Assembly (NCBI RefSeq): GCF_008831285.2 | Contig: NC_045138.2 | Coordinates: 19,282,001-19,346,000, forward strand | DNA from: Nymphaea colorata | Lineage: Eukaryota | Direction of reading: 5' to 3' | DNA: 64,000 bases | Part shown: positions 23,637-35,649 of the stretch, piece by piece | Layout of the letters: each line of letters starts with the position of its first letter | How positions within the stretch are numbered: position 1 is the stretch's first letter | The notes under the pieces: model-generated | What the model was told of the DNA's origin: nothing | What the model saw: the letters and a program-made list of their open reading frames with translations, nothing else | Database searches by the model: none | Position numbers and translations under genes: made by a program

Positions 23637-25091
23637 ATGGCGACCATGGGACACACAAATACAACAAGAATGGCAGAAGAGAAGAAGAACAAGGAGATTT
23701 GGCCAATTTGGGTCACTGACATAGAAGAGGAATATGAATCTTATGATCCTTCTGAATATGTGTTGAAGTTGGAAAGAAAGTGCATCTACAGATGGCCTAA
23801 TGACCTTGTCATTACATCAAGCTTGTCCAAGCACCGCACTCCTCACATGGCATCCCTTGGTCCCTACCACCATAGGAAGGAGCACCTGCAGCCCATGGAG
23901 CATCACAAAAAGCGAGCTCTCTATAGGATCCTCAAGAGGAGCGGGGTTTCACTCTATTGCTTCCTTGACTCCTTGAAAGGCATAGAGCAAGAACTTAGGG
24001 ATAGCTACGACAATCTTGAACCAAAATTGCCAACGGATTCATTTTTAAGAATGATGTTGCTTGATGGGTGCTTCATACTTGAAATTCTACGTAGCAGTTG
24101 CATCTCAAATGAAAATTGGTTTGACGCCTTCGAACCCATCTTCAGCAGATTCGGGAAGCTTACCATGACTCTGGCTTTTCGAGACATGCTGTTGCTAGAA
24201 AACCAAATCCCACTCCGTGTCCTAAGAAAGTTGCTCGAGGTAGAGGAAAGGAGAGAGACCAGCGATGATGCATATCTCAATAACTTGATCTGCGATTTTT
24301 ATTGCTTTGAATCCCTCTCGATTCATGGGCCTGCTTTACATATTTTAGATATTTACAGGAAGTGCTTGATAATGGACAGTACAATGGAAGAACAAACAAC
24401 CGCTTCTGTAGAAGGTTTTATTAAGTCTGTTTGCATGCGATATGAACCATGGTTGCATGTGATCGGCAAAGGAATTAAGCGTATGCTCCTCGGCATCCCC
24501 ATCTTCGTCTTTAGGCTTTTAAGCAAACAAATTAACAAACCAGGAAACATGCGATCAGCAATGAGGTTTCATGAAGCAGGCGTTGAGTTCAAGAAAGCGA
24601 AACCCTGTAGCGGGTTAAAAATTACTTTTGACGAAGAACACGGAGTGCTTACTCTTCCTTTCATTGTAGTAGATGTCAACACAGCAGCAATATACATGAA
24701 CCTGATGGCCTTCGAACGGATGCACCCAAAACTTCGGAATCCTGAAGTGACATCATATGTGTCCTTTATGATCGACTTGATAGACACTGCTGAAGACGTG
24801 AGCCTGCTGTGCTCTCGAGGGATCGTGATGAACCTTCTTGGCAGTGACGAGCGTGCTGCCAATGTCTTCAACAAGATGGGCGATGGCATTACATACTCCC
24901 TAGATGATGAACTCTATGAGCAATTGCAGTCTTATGTTGCCTCAGATTGGAATGCGGCGAGAGCAAATTTGAACCGAAACTACTTCCAAAACCCGTGGTC
25001 TATTCTGTCTCTACTCGCTGCCATTGTCTTGCTGGTTTTAACATCTATTCAGACCCTATTTTCTGTGTTAGCCGTGAAAAATGGCAAGTGA
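23637..25091 (+). CDS. DUF247 / UPF0481 (At3g47200-like) membrane protein, 484 aa, single exon
   Basis: Family motifs CIYRWP, SLGPYHH, MEHHKKRAL, RMMLLDGCFILE, RDMLLLENQIP, HEAGVEFK, NLMAFE, VTSYVSFMIDLIDTAEDVSLL, and C-terminal YFQNPWSILSLLAAIVLLVLTSIQT transmembrane helix. Uninterrupted ORF with TATAAATA at ~23463. Confidence 0.93.
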   Translation: MATMGHTNTTRMAEEKKNKEIWPIWVTDIEEEYESYDPSEYVLKLERKCIYRWPNDLVITSSLSKHRTPHMASLGPYHHRKEHLQPMEHHKKRALYRILKRSGVSLYCFLDSLKGIEQELRDSYDNLEPKLPTDSFLRMMLLDGCFILEILRSSCISNENWFDAFEPIFSRFGKLTMTLAFRDMLLLENQIPLRVLRKLLEVEERRETSDDAYLNNLICDFYCFESLSIHGPALHILDIYRKCLIMDSTMEEQTTASVEGFIKSVCMRYEPWLHVIGKGIKRMLLGIPIFVFRLLSKQINKPGNMRSAMRFHEAGVEFKKAKPCSGLKITFDEEHGVLTLPFIVVDVNTAAIYMNLMAFERMHPKLRNPEVTSYVSFMIDLIDTAEDVSLLCSRGIVMNLLGSDERAANVFNKMGDGITYSLDDELYEQLQSYVASDWNAARANLNRNYFQNPWSILSLLAAIVLLVLTSIQTLFSVLAVKNGK

Positions 25092-27099
25092 TATTATCTA
25101 TTCTTAGGATCCGGAGCCTTTTGGTGTATTCTTGTTTCCAAAATTGTAGCCTTATGCGGGAATTGCTAAAAGGAAAAGTGAAAATGTACAACTTCATGTA
25201 TGTTGTGTATCGTGGTTTGTTTGGTGAACCTCAGTGATTTAAATAAATAATTAATGTTTGATCATTAATTAATTATTTGATCCTAATTAATTATGTTCTG
25301 TAGTTGCCGAAATACCACCCTAGGATCCTGCTGCCACACGAAATCTCCCATCCTGCTTGAAATTAGAAATCATGACCGTAAGGTTGTCTCTCCACACGAT
25401 CCTCAAACTTTTACTTTGACGTCCAACTCCTTGGACCGTTTAATCCCCATGAAGGCTTCCTTGCGTGAACTCCAAATATTCATTTCCCTTTCGATTATGT
25501 AGTTTCACATCTCACGGTTTCTTCTTAGCATGAACAGAACATCAAAGCAGGTGGCTGTTAGTGGGGAGTTTCGCCGGCCACGTCGGCTTCAGTGTTGCCG
25601 GTAGCATATGTTTTCTTTTTCTGTTTTTCATTTGACTCTGTTTTGGTGATTTTTTTTTTCCATTGTTTCTCCTTTTTTGTTTTGCATATGCTATTTTTCC
25701 TTTACTTTTTCTCATTTAATTCTGTTTTTGATATGTTCTTTCCCTTTTTTTTTTTTGTTTCCTTTGTTATTACTATTGTAGTTCCTTCACGATTTAGGTT
25801 TCTCACGGCCGTATTTTTCCTAGTTTTGTTTTATCTGTAGTTGACAAGTATTTGATCATTCTGGGGTTTATTTTCTGTGGCTCTGCCTTATTTGTATTTA
25901 AATGTGCCAGTTTAACCTCTTATAGGCATGTGGTTTGTATATAAATTTTATATGATGTTGTTTTGTTTTAAACTTTTAACCAAAATAGAATGAATTTTGT
26001 TTCAATTTTATTTTTTTGTAGAATTTCAGACATTTTTTTCGCCATACCACCATACCAAGATGTTCAAAAATCCCCCTACCCGCATCCACTTTACCGTACT
26101 TGTATCCGGACCCGGACCCGTATCCGTAGCTATGTATATTAGCATCTCATTTTATAATCTACTTTTTATTCTTCAGCAATTGCTTTTCAATCTTTTCTTT
26201 CAATTAAAATCAAGCTTCTAGCGTGGGTGTAAACCTTTAGGGTTTCAAGTCACCATACTTTAAATAGCAATTTCATATTTTATTCTATGGGTTCATAATT
26301 TTCACCTAACTTTAAATAGCAATTTTATATTTTATTCTATGAGTTCATAATTTTAATTTTTTTTATTCAGCTAAAATTGTTAAAATTTTCACCTTTCCAT
26401 TTGTTAAAGAGTTTGTACCACTAATATTCATCTTTAGAACTTGAATGTTGGAACTTTGCTTTTAAGTTTGAAATTCATATTTCAAGTTTTTTTTCTTTAA
26501 CTGATATTTTTCATATTTTGTTAAAATTTGATGGTTTGTTTCTGATTTTGTACACCTTCCAATGAAAAGTTAATATTAGTAAATTCTATTTTTGTCCTAC
26601 AAGTTTTAATTTCTCGTTTTCTTGCTTCTTTATGCTTCCAATTGAATTTTCTTGTTAAATACTTTCATAAATTGTGGGTTTTAACTGAATTTTAGATTTC
26701 AAGACTTTCTTGTTAGGTAAATATATATTTTTTAAAATTATGGTTCTTAGTTTAAGTTTAGATTTGAAGGCTTTGAATTATGTGTACCTGGCTTATGTGT
26801 CTTTGATCAATTTCAAATTTGTATTATAATTTTTGAACTTGAAGCTTTTTATGTTGTTATTCTCATCAATGTTACATACAAATTTTGAATTTTTTCAATT
26901 TCATTTTTCTTATTTTCAAATGACAAATTTCATTTTTCTGAGTTCACTTTTCTAAAATTTTGAAATTTTCAGGTTTTCGTGTTTCTGATTTTTATATTTT
27001 CAGTTTAAAGCATTTTTTATCTGCGCCATCTGATCTTTTTTTCAATGTGAATTTGTATCTCCTAGGAATGATGCATTTGAATATCTAAGAGGTAGTTTT

Positions 27100-28560
27100 G
27101 GAGCTGGACATGCCCTGACACTTTTCCGCAATGAGATACTTTCCTACTACATAACTTCTTTCCGCCCCATTTTCTTAAACCATTTGATCCTTCTCCAACG
27201 TTCATCGTTTTGATCCCTAAAATCTGTACCATCAATCCAAAAAGTAGAAAACAAATGTGAAGAGACTATTGGAAGCACTGACATGTAGAGTTTTACTTTT
27301 AAGAGAAACTTTGTGTTATTGGAATGCATCCAGTTAGAGCATTTTGGTCTCATGAACGTGGTGAAATATGAATGTTCTTCTTAACTTCAATTATAAAATG
27401 CTGGCATGAGCACTATAGGTTCCCTGTGAAGTAACTTTACTGATGCAGAAAAGCCCAACAAAATTATATGGTTCACTTCTAAAATGAGGTCTATGTCAGT
27501 GGAAGGGAGTGACAAAGTATTCTATGGTGTGCAAGACTTGTCATCAAACCTTTATTGTTTTCCTCCTGTCACTCTCATATCTTTGATTTCTTCGGCATGA
27601 TTGGTGCTGGTGATTTGCATCTTCTTACTGCTACCAATGTGAACTTTATCATGAAAGCACGATGAGTATATCACCAGTATTTTTAAAAAAACTAGAACAA
27701 GAACATGGTGTTCCGTAACTTATTTAATGCCCCCATAGAATCATCTCACGACTGAAATGGTTGTCGTAGTTAATTATTAACGAAGCACAAATCAGTGCAT
27801 ATAAAACTATTATGAAAGGCAGAGGAAAGTTTCAATGTTGAAACAACTACATGTTCGGCTATTAGGTCTCTTTGTCTTATTGGCAGTACCAAACCCTTCC
27901 ATAAAGGAGAAAATTCTTTCCGAGTCTTGAAGTTCCGAAGACTGGTTGCCCAGATGTCTAGATCTACAACTAGTGGCGTCAGATTTTTGCTGGTCAAAGC
28001 TACACAGGCAAGATAAGCCAAATAAGGCACATCCTTCTCATCAAAATTTTCTGAAGCCAAGTCGACCTTCCTTAACAGGAGAGGATAAAAATTTTCATGA
28101 TTTCACATGACGTGAGATTTTCAGTCACCATCAATGTCTTCCCATAAAAGTTTTATGAAGAGACTCCCCAAATTCTTGACAATAATAGGAAGACGTCTTA
28201 GGTCCAAGAACCAATATGCAGGCAGACCATAATGAACAGTCTTGATTAAACACATTCTACTAGCAAAAGATACAGGCTTTCCAAGTGTTCAGTCTTTTCT
28301 ATACTTCAGGTAAAATTTCATCCCAAACTGAAATTGGCAAAGGTGCGGGGAAGAGTACACTGTAGGAAAAACTCCCCTGCTGCAACCAAGGAGTCTCTTT
28401 ACATTGGGACTGTCCCAGTCACTTATATTACAGTTTCACAGATTTTGCAGCATTAATTTTCATACCAGCATGCGTAAGAAAAAGGCTTCATCGGCATATT
28501 TGAGAGTTGAAGAGCCAGCCAAATTTATCCTAATTTTGCTGTTCAAATGAACAACATTAA
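27100..28560 (-). mobile_element. Degraded L1-type LINE ORF2 (RT C-terminal region)
   Basis: Minus-strand translation gives TLKYADEA (YADD-like, ~28490), KRLNTWKA and CLIKTVHYGLPAYWFL...LLWEDIDGD, resembling the plant LINE RLTLIKSVLSSLPIY...FLW motif. Many stops and frameshifts. Confidence 0.75.
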
Positions 28561-29237
28561 TGCGATTTTGAACCGTATAGTGGAACCAGTTAAAAAAAGA
28601 ATTCTAGATTGGAGAACAAGTCATCTTTGAATTTGATATACCACAAATCTGAAATCCGAGTAAAGAACCAATCCCAATACACACAGACGAGTGGGCTCTT
28701 ATGCTGAATTTCATTTTTAGGAAATAAAATTCAGATTTGAGACCGAATTTGCGCCTGACTACATAAAGTCCAGCAAAGTCACATTTGGCAAAGCGTAGGT
28801 CCAAATCTATATCTGAAACCCTTTACATCTTTAAATAAAGCTAAAGCCCGGTTCGTTCAATCTTGTGAACGCTCCATTTCGAGTCACAATTCATCTGAAG
28901 TTCCCTGAACATAGGAACTTATTGAAAATAATAAAATAATATTCAAACAGTTTTTTCATAAGGTAACACAGATTTGAGATTCCCAATTAAGAAATCTATT
29001 GTTTGTTTAAGCTGTGGATTTAAACTAACGTGAATTTAGAATCAGCCTTACATCTCATAAACATGACCTTGTGGTTTAAGTCAGATCCATAGTGCACCAA
29101 TGCCTTGATTGAGGCATTTTCTGGACTTCAAAAATAATTATTAGACCTTTTCAATATCAAAATTATAGTATTTTTTAAAACAAAATTAAGAGGTCCCGTT
29201 TTTATCTCCTACTTAAATGCTATGGTATTTACCAATT

Positions 29238-29269
<32 letters not shown>

Positions 29270-29271
<2 letters not shown>

Positions 29272-30222
29272 GTTAAATGGGTTAAGAAGGATTCATAACG
29301 ATATTCATACAATGATCCAAATGTCCTCAATCAAAGACATACAATTGCTTAATTAAATAAAGTTAACAAAGAATGCTTGCTTAGCTCGACCAAATTAAAT
29401 CCATTATGGGCATTTCATAAAAACATTGCTTTGATGTCTATCGCTTCTCGGTTCTCATCCTAAGGTAATATTCATGTTTGAAAAGTCAAAGTCGTTTCTA
29501 ATTTCCTATTTGTTTGTTTAGTTTATGTGTGTACGTGTTGCCGTGCGCTGAACTTCTTATTAAAATTATGCTTCGCAATCTTTGAAGGTTAGTTTAATCT
29601 TCTGAACTGTATGTTGGAATATTTCGAGAAGAATGTATATGGACACTTGTGACTTGTGAGGATCCCACCTGATGTCAACGGAAGAAGGTATTTAACGTGA
29701 TTTTGACGTGTTTTTTTATTCCCCATAAAATTTGACTTTCTTTTTCTTTAGATATCGGCTTTTTTTTTCAGAGGGAAAATGCACCTAGATGGTGGTATGC
29801 GGAAGATACATATATAGTGCAAGAGCAAGTCATGGTCTTCGTATTCGTATTGATGATTTAACACCTCCACATTTAATTTGCTGTACATGTTGATATGCAT
29901 AAAACACGGTACTTTTTATTTTTTTTTTTAAGATTATTTTTTTACGGCTGAAAATGCACCTAGATGGTATCTCGACAAAGATGCATAATACGAGGGCAAG
30001 TCATGGTCTTTACGTGCACATTGATGAATTAAGCATCCACTCTAATTATATACGCATAATACGTACTTTTTTATTTTTTATTTTTTTTGTTAAGGATTAG
30101 CATGACAATGCACATAGATGGTGCTATATTCCAGATGCATAATACAAGAGAAAGTCGTCATGGTCTCCACGTCCATGTTCTACGTATATATTTGCATATG
30201 TAAATGTTTCCTAGTTTGTGAG
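29270..30222 (+). repeat. Segmental block with three internal ~170-bp sub-repeats (paralogues ~36065-36995 and ~48825-49705)
   Basis: a(a)atgcac(c/a)tagatggtg...agatgcataata...agtc(a/g)tggtct repeats three times in each of three block copies. Confidence 0.85.
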
Positions 30223-30442
30223 TTCATGTCCCCAAAGAAAATGTGAAGAAGACACACTAGTTGTAAGTTGTAACTGCATAAGAACAAATTCACTTAGTGC
30301 AGTTCTGAATCCTTTCTGTAATCCGATCTCCATCATCATAGGAAGCGACATGAGAATCCCAAGCTGGACGAAGGACGGAGATGCAAGTGCAACTTGAAGA
30401 GGTTTATCATTCTCAATGTCTGCTTGTGCATAAGTTTCCTTC
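30215..30442 (-). pseudogene. Callose synthase (CalS/GSL) exon fragment
   Basis: NDKPLQVALASPSFVQLGILMSLPMMMEIGLQKGFRTALSEFVLMQLQL, then a frameshift to VFFTFSLGT*TH. This matches the conserved GSL segment LQVALASQSFVQIGFLMALPMMMEIGLERGFRTALSDFVLMQLQLASVFFTFSLGTKTH. No other CalS exons nearby. Confidence 0.92.
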
Positions 30443-30949
30443 ATTTATTTTTGTATGACTCTGCTGCTGCCCTCCACCTTCATCGACCAAATTTCTCATT
30501 CTCATTTCTCCAAGGTACAAAAGGAGTGCAGTGATTTACACCTTCCTCGATAACCAGAAGTTGTCTATATAGATTATATATAATTCACAATTTTTCTTTA
30601 TTTTTCTCTAAACCATTGATTTGAAAAAAAAAAAATTAAGTGGTTAGCATCTACCAGTTTTCACAAATGATACTTGCATCGCACGTGCATTCACACTTAC
30701 TGTTGACTTTAATCAATATCTGCTCAGTTTTTTCTCCCCCTTTTTGAACATCTTGATTGAAAAATTTCTAAAAAAATCAGCTTCATTTTAAAACTACAGA
30801 CAAGCACACTCGTAGATATATGCATGGCTGCTACAAGTGTGACAAAGAGAACAAGGCAACTTTAGAACAAAAGTATAAATATAATTATTCTTCTCGCTGT
30901 TGTTTTTTTCCTTTTTCTTACAATTATTTCGAAAAACAAAATTTAGAAG

Positions 30950-30986
<37 letters not shown>

Positions 30987-32279
30987 CATGCAGAAACACA
31001 AAAAAAAACTTGAAAGTGAAGGTACACGTGACACAGAAAGGCAGCGGGAGACAAACAAAGAGCGTGTGAATCGTCCAAAATTTTGTTCCCTTTCGCTAGA
31101 AAAGTATGGGATTTCTACGGCCTTCAATTTCTCACATAAGATGCCGTGTCCGCCACTTCAAACCCATCACTTTTTTTTCATGGAACAAAAGATTTTTTTT
31201 TTCACCACCGAATTTGCTATGCCAATTGCCCTAAATGACAGCCCATTATTTGTCCTATAATGATAAAGTTTCAAAGACAAGTCTCCCAATAAACCAAAAT
31301 ATTACAAAGGAGCAAGAAAATTCGGATGGTAATTCATTGGAGACGGCCTTTGTTGGCTTTTTATTGATTTCCTTAATATGTTTTTTATTTGTTCTAGTTT
31401 TGTGCTCTTTAAAATATAAATTTAATTTGAACATAGTTCACAAGTAATTCTGGTTTCGAATCTTTTTTGGGGACTGATTCAATCGATTCTGAAACACATT
31501 TTAGACCTTTAGTTCGGATCCGGAGGGATTGGTAGCAACGGGAAGAACGCATTTACATATGAACAAGTTTGGGTTAGAATTATGAGAGCGTGGTCAAATA
31601 ATAAGCAGCCCGTGTCCTAACGTGTCCACATTTATTTAAACACTGGACGCTGTAACTCTTTCTTTTAATGCAATAATTTTAACGCTTTTAGGAGCACCCA
31701 TATATTCAAATATATCAAATTATTAAACTTTATGACATTGGTGTAGACAACAACTCCGCCATTGGACTTCAAGCGGGGAGGACTGCCTAAAATTCTAAAT
31801 GGGTCCGATCCATTTTAAGTCTGAACCTACCTTGCGCCTTTTATGGAAGAACATTTAGATATTTTAACTATTTTCCAGCTCTGGGTCGACGACGACAAAA
31901 GAAAAGGCAAGACTGGTACATTTTTGCTGCTGCCGCTTTGCTTTCCTTCAAATCGGTCGGTGCAGCCAGCTCGGGTCAAAGGGCGCCTCTTCCTTCCACA
32001 CTGAAGTTTCCCCATGCATTGACTTTACCACTTGGAGACTTCAAAGATGACTTCTCGATCCGTCATGTTTAAAAGCAATGTGCCTCGTTGATAAACCAGA
32101 AAGCGCAAAGGTATGCCTCTTTTGGTCACCACAGTTTTTTGGCGACTCTATGATCACCTATAGAATCTCTTTGTGCACACAACTATCTGTTTTTTGGTGT
32201 TTTCTTTTTTCTTGCTGGCGCAGCACTTGGAATCATGAATTCGATCTGATCTCCAATTTCTTTGCAGAGGACGTCAGCC

Positions 32280-33439
32280 ATGGTGCTTGATAGTAGGAAA
32301 AGCCGCAAACCCTTGATGTTGGTTCTCTCGCTCGCAGGAACATTGGATTTACTGCTGTTACTTCTCTTAGTGAGCACAATAGATGGAGGTGCAACGAGTG
32401 CTTCTTCATGCCTCAGCAGTGAAGCTTCCATCCTGCTGCGTATCCACTTGTCCAATGGAAGGCTAAGTTCATGGGGCGGAAATGAGTGTAACTGCTGCTT
32501 ATGGGAGGGAGTTGAATGCGATCCCCCAAACTGGATGCATCATCGGACTTCAACTTCATGGAAGAACTACCAGTGAGAGTACTCCTCGTGTTTTCTTGGA
32601 TATTGATCCTGAATTGGAAGATTATGAGTACAATGAGCTTAAGGTCAATGGTCATGCCGACCCTCGTGATATTTCAAGATCAAGAATACCTTCGGCTCTT
32701 TTTGAGCTCCACCAACTCCAACACCTTGACCACAGTGGTTGTGACTTCAATGGGTCTGCCATACCTTCACAGCTTGCCCAGCTCACCCACTTGACCCATC
32801 TTAATCTCTCCCGTGCTTGGTTTTCAGGTCAGGTTCCTTGGGAGATTTCAAAATTGTCTAACTTGGTTTCCTTAGACCTCTCCTACGCTTTCAATCATGA
32901 AGACAATTGAGGTCTCCAACAACCACTCTGAGGGTGGGATTTCAGACGAAATTGGAGATCTTAAGCGGCTCCAACAACTGAGGATTTCAAATAACAAGCT
33001 CAAAGGCCCAATTCCCAAGAGCATTGGTGCCCTCAGCCATTTGGAATCGTTGGATCTATCTCATAGCTACATCTCAGGTGAAATACCAGAAGAACTTACT
33101 ACACTCAACTCTCTTGGGTATCTAAATCTGTCACACAATAATCTTTCTGGAAGAATCCTTCAGTCGCCACATTTTTCCACATTTGATGCTCTATGCTTTG
33201 AAGGGAATCCTAGTCTTTGTGGAGCACCACTTTCACTGGCTTGTGAAGCCAATAACGGAGCCAAATTGCTTCCTTTTGTTGGATTGAGAGAAACAGATGA
33301 AGAGAAAATGCGGAAGTACGTATCAGTGGGATTAGGTTTTGGAGTAGGCTTTGGCACCGCAATCAGCTTTTCATATTTCTTGAATAATGGGAGGGGCTTC
33401 AACAGCTTTGGGAGAAGATGCTACTGGTCATGCGCTTAA
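32280..33439 (+). pseudogene. LRR receptor-like protein copy 2 (internally deleted pseudogene)
   Basis: N-terminal part (with a 9-bp deletion at ~32443 and a +1 C at ~32523) is fused at 32886/32887 to the C3/TM region. About 2.3 kb is missing relative to copy 3. Confidence 0.93.
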
Positions 33440-35400
33440 TCTAGATACATAATCAGCTTGAAGGCTTGTTACAAAATCAAGAGGGCGACAAAGGTTTTCA
33501 TGGGACGGCTAATCCTCTTTCTTGTTGTTGCAAGGCGTCTGGCTCAGGAAGTTCTCAAAAATATAACCGTCCACTTTGTTCATTGCAAAGATCAACTCTG
33601 TGCTTCGTAGTCAGTCATCTTTAGTTAAAAATAAGCATGTTCTCATGTATTTCATATTGTTATGCAATGTGACTTTTTCTTGCGGAAATTTTCTCTTCTT
33701 CTTTCACATATTGACTTGTTTATGGAAACTGCAGTAGGACCTGTTTGGTTAGCCCAAATATCAAAGAATCGAATATTTAAAATAGAAAAGCTAACTTTTT
33801 AATATTATAGTGTTTGGGTAAAGAACCAGAAAAGTAAAAAAAAAGGATGTTTTTTGAAAAACGAGTGGTGGATTTTTAGTGAAATAAGTAAAATGAAATT
33901 AGCCGGATTTCGTCATTTGAAGGTCCATAAGACCTCTGTTTGCATTGGTTTGTCACTTATTTACAGTTTAAAATAAAACTAAATTTTCTAAGGGATCTAA
34001 TATAATTTGTTTGCACTTAATATTTTAACTATTTGCGCATATATATATGAACTTGATCCACTATGACATCGCAACCTATTTCGCATTTCTACATTGTTTT
34101 GCATTTACATCACACATGAATTGTTTCATTTCTATGCGCATAATCTAATTTACATTGACTTAGTTCATATCTCAGCGTCAATAACTTGTTTTTAGGTTCA
34201 CATTATGACGTTTCACGCCCACCTCACAGATTCATTTTACATTTACACCATATTTTTCACATTGGACAAGTACTTTGTTGTGCATTTAATTCATGCATGT
34301 GGTGTCTTCGGCACTTGAAATTCACCATTTGTAATGGGGTTTTCTATACGACCGTATCCGATTTGTTTGGTTAGTTAGCCCAAATATCAAAGAATGTAAT
34401 GTTAAAATAGAAAAGCTAATTTTTTAATATTATGTTTTTTGGGTAAAGAACTAGAAAAGTGGAAAAAAAAAAACGATGTTCTTTGAAATTAGGTGGTTAA
34501 TTTCTTGAAAAATTGAAGAAGTTTTTGTTTTAGAAAACCTAAAAACAAGGGCACACCTTTCTTCCATGTTACTTCCACTGTCCTCCTTTTTCTTTGGTAA
34601 TTCTTAGCTACCGTGCCACCAACCATCTTATGGTGTGTGAACCACATAAGGGACCCAGATCAAGGCCCGGACCTTTGAATCTCTGCTTCGCCAGTAAATG
34701 CTCGGAATTAAATGGGCGCCTTCTGCTCAGTATCTGCTTTGTATATATTATCATCAATAAATTTAATTATTAGTAATTATATAATAAATTAATTTAATAT
34801 TTTTTGTAATAACGCTGACAATATATCAGATATCAAATTAAAAGTTAATGCTTTCAGGTCACTCCTTCACGTTTTTTTACAACTCTTTATCTTTCAATGC
34901 TTGCTCTTCAATGCAACATAAATGGGATGTTTGGATGACCCCGTGAAACCAAGTTTACATTTTTATATAGTATTTGGATGCCATCAAGACTGTGCTAAGG
35001 GAAACTCTGCTGGACAAAACCAAGGAAGTGAAAAATCTGAATCCCACCAGGTTATCCATAAAAACTGTGTCATATAAAAAAAATGAAAAAATAAACCATG
35101 ATCTCATTAATGTTTGCATCAAGCTGTATGCTTAACCATTTCCACTTGATGTATTGCATTGAACAACGTATGATTATGATCTTATGCATGCATCAAACCT
35201 GATTTTTCCTTTCATCTCCTTTTTGGTAGCTTGGCTTACAGATAGATCAGATCTGGTTTATAGGACCAAATTCATTTTTTATTCGATTTTTCATAAGAAC
35301 AACATTATGTTCTTAGAACACATTTTCTTACAAACACTTGTGCCAACAATACTATATCATGATTTCATAAAACATGTCATGAATATGCTATTTAAAAAAA

Positions 35401-35439
<39 letters not shown>

Positions 35440-35649
35440 TATATATATATTAAAATTTCGAATCTTTCTTTCATTAGTGTAGTGTGTGCAAACACGTAGA
35501 CACTCGAAAGGCTTGAGCAAATATATTTGAAGAACAGGTCTAAATGCTCAAAGACAGGCAGAAGCAGGGAAAAAAACAGACAGACGCAAACACGCACACA
35601 ACACAGACTCTCTCGTTTCTTTGTCAAGTCAGGCACGGCAGGGCTGCCA

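Noticed and set aside
23100..27000. Search for a small secreted partner gene (grass sS/sZ, HPS10-like) beside DUF247
   Set aside because: No credible signal-peptide ORF was found; nearby ORFs (25592, 25997) are T-rich low-complexity frames.
29770..30190. Regularly spaced conserved motif resembling a CRISPR array
   Set aside because: Eukaryotic context, the spacers are homologous to each other, the period is too long, and there are no cas genes.
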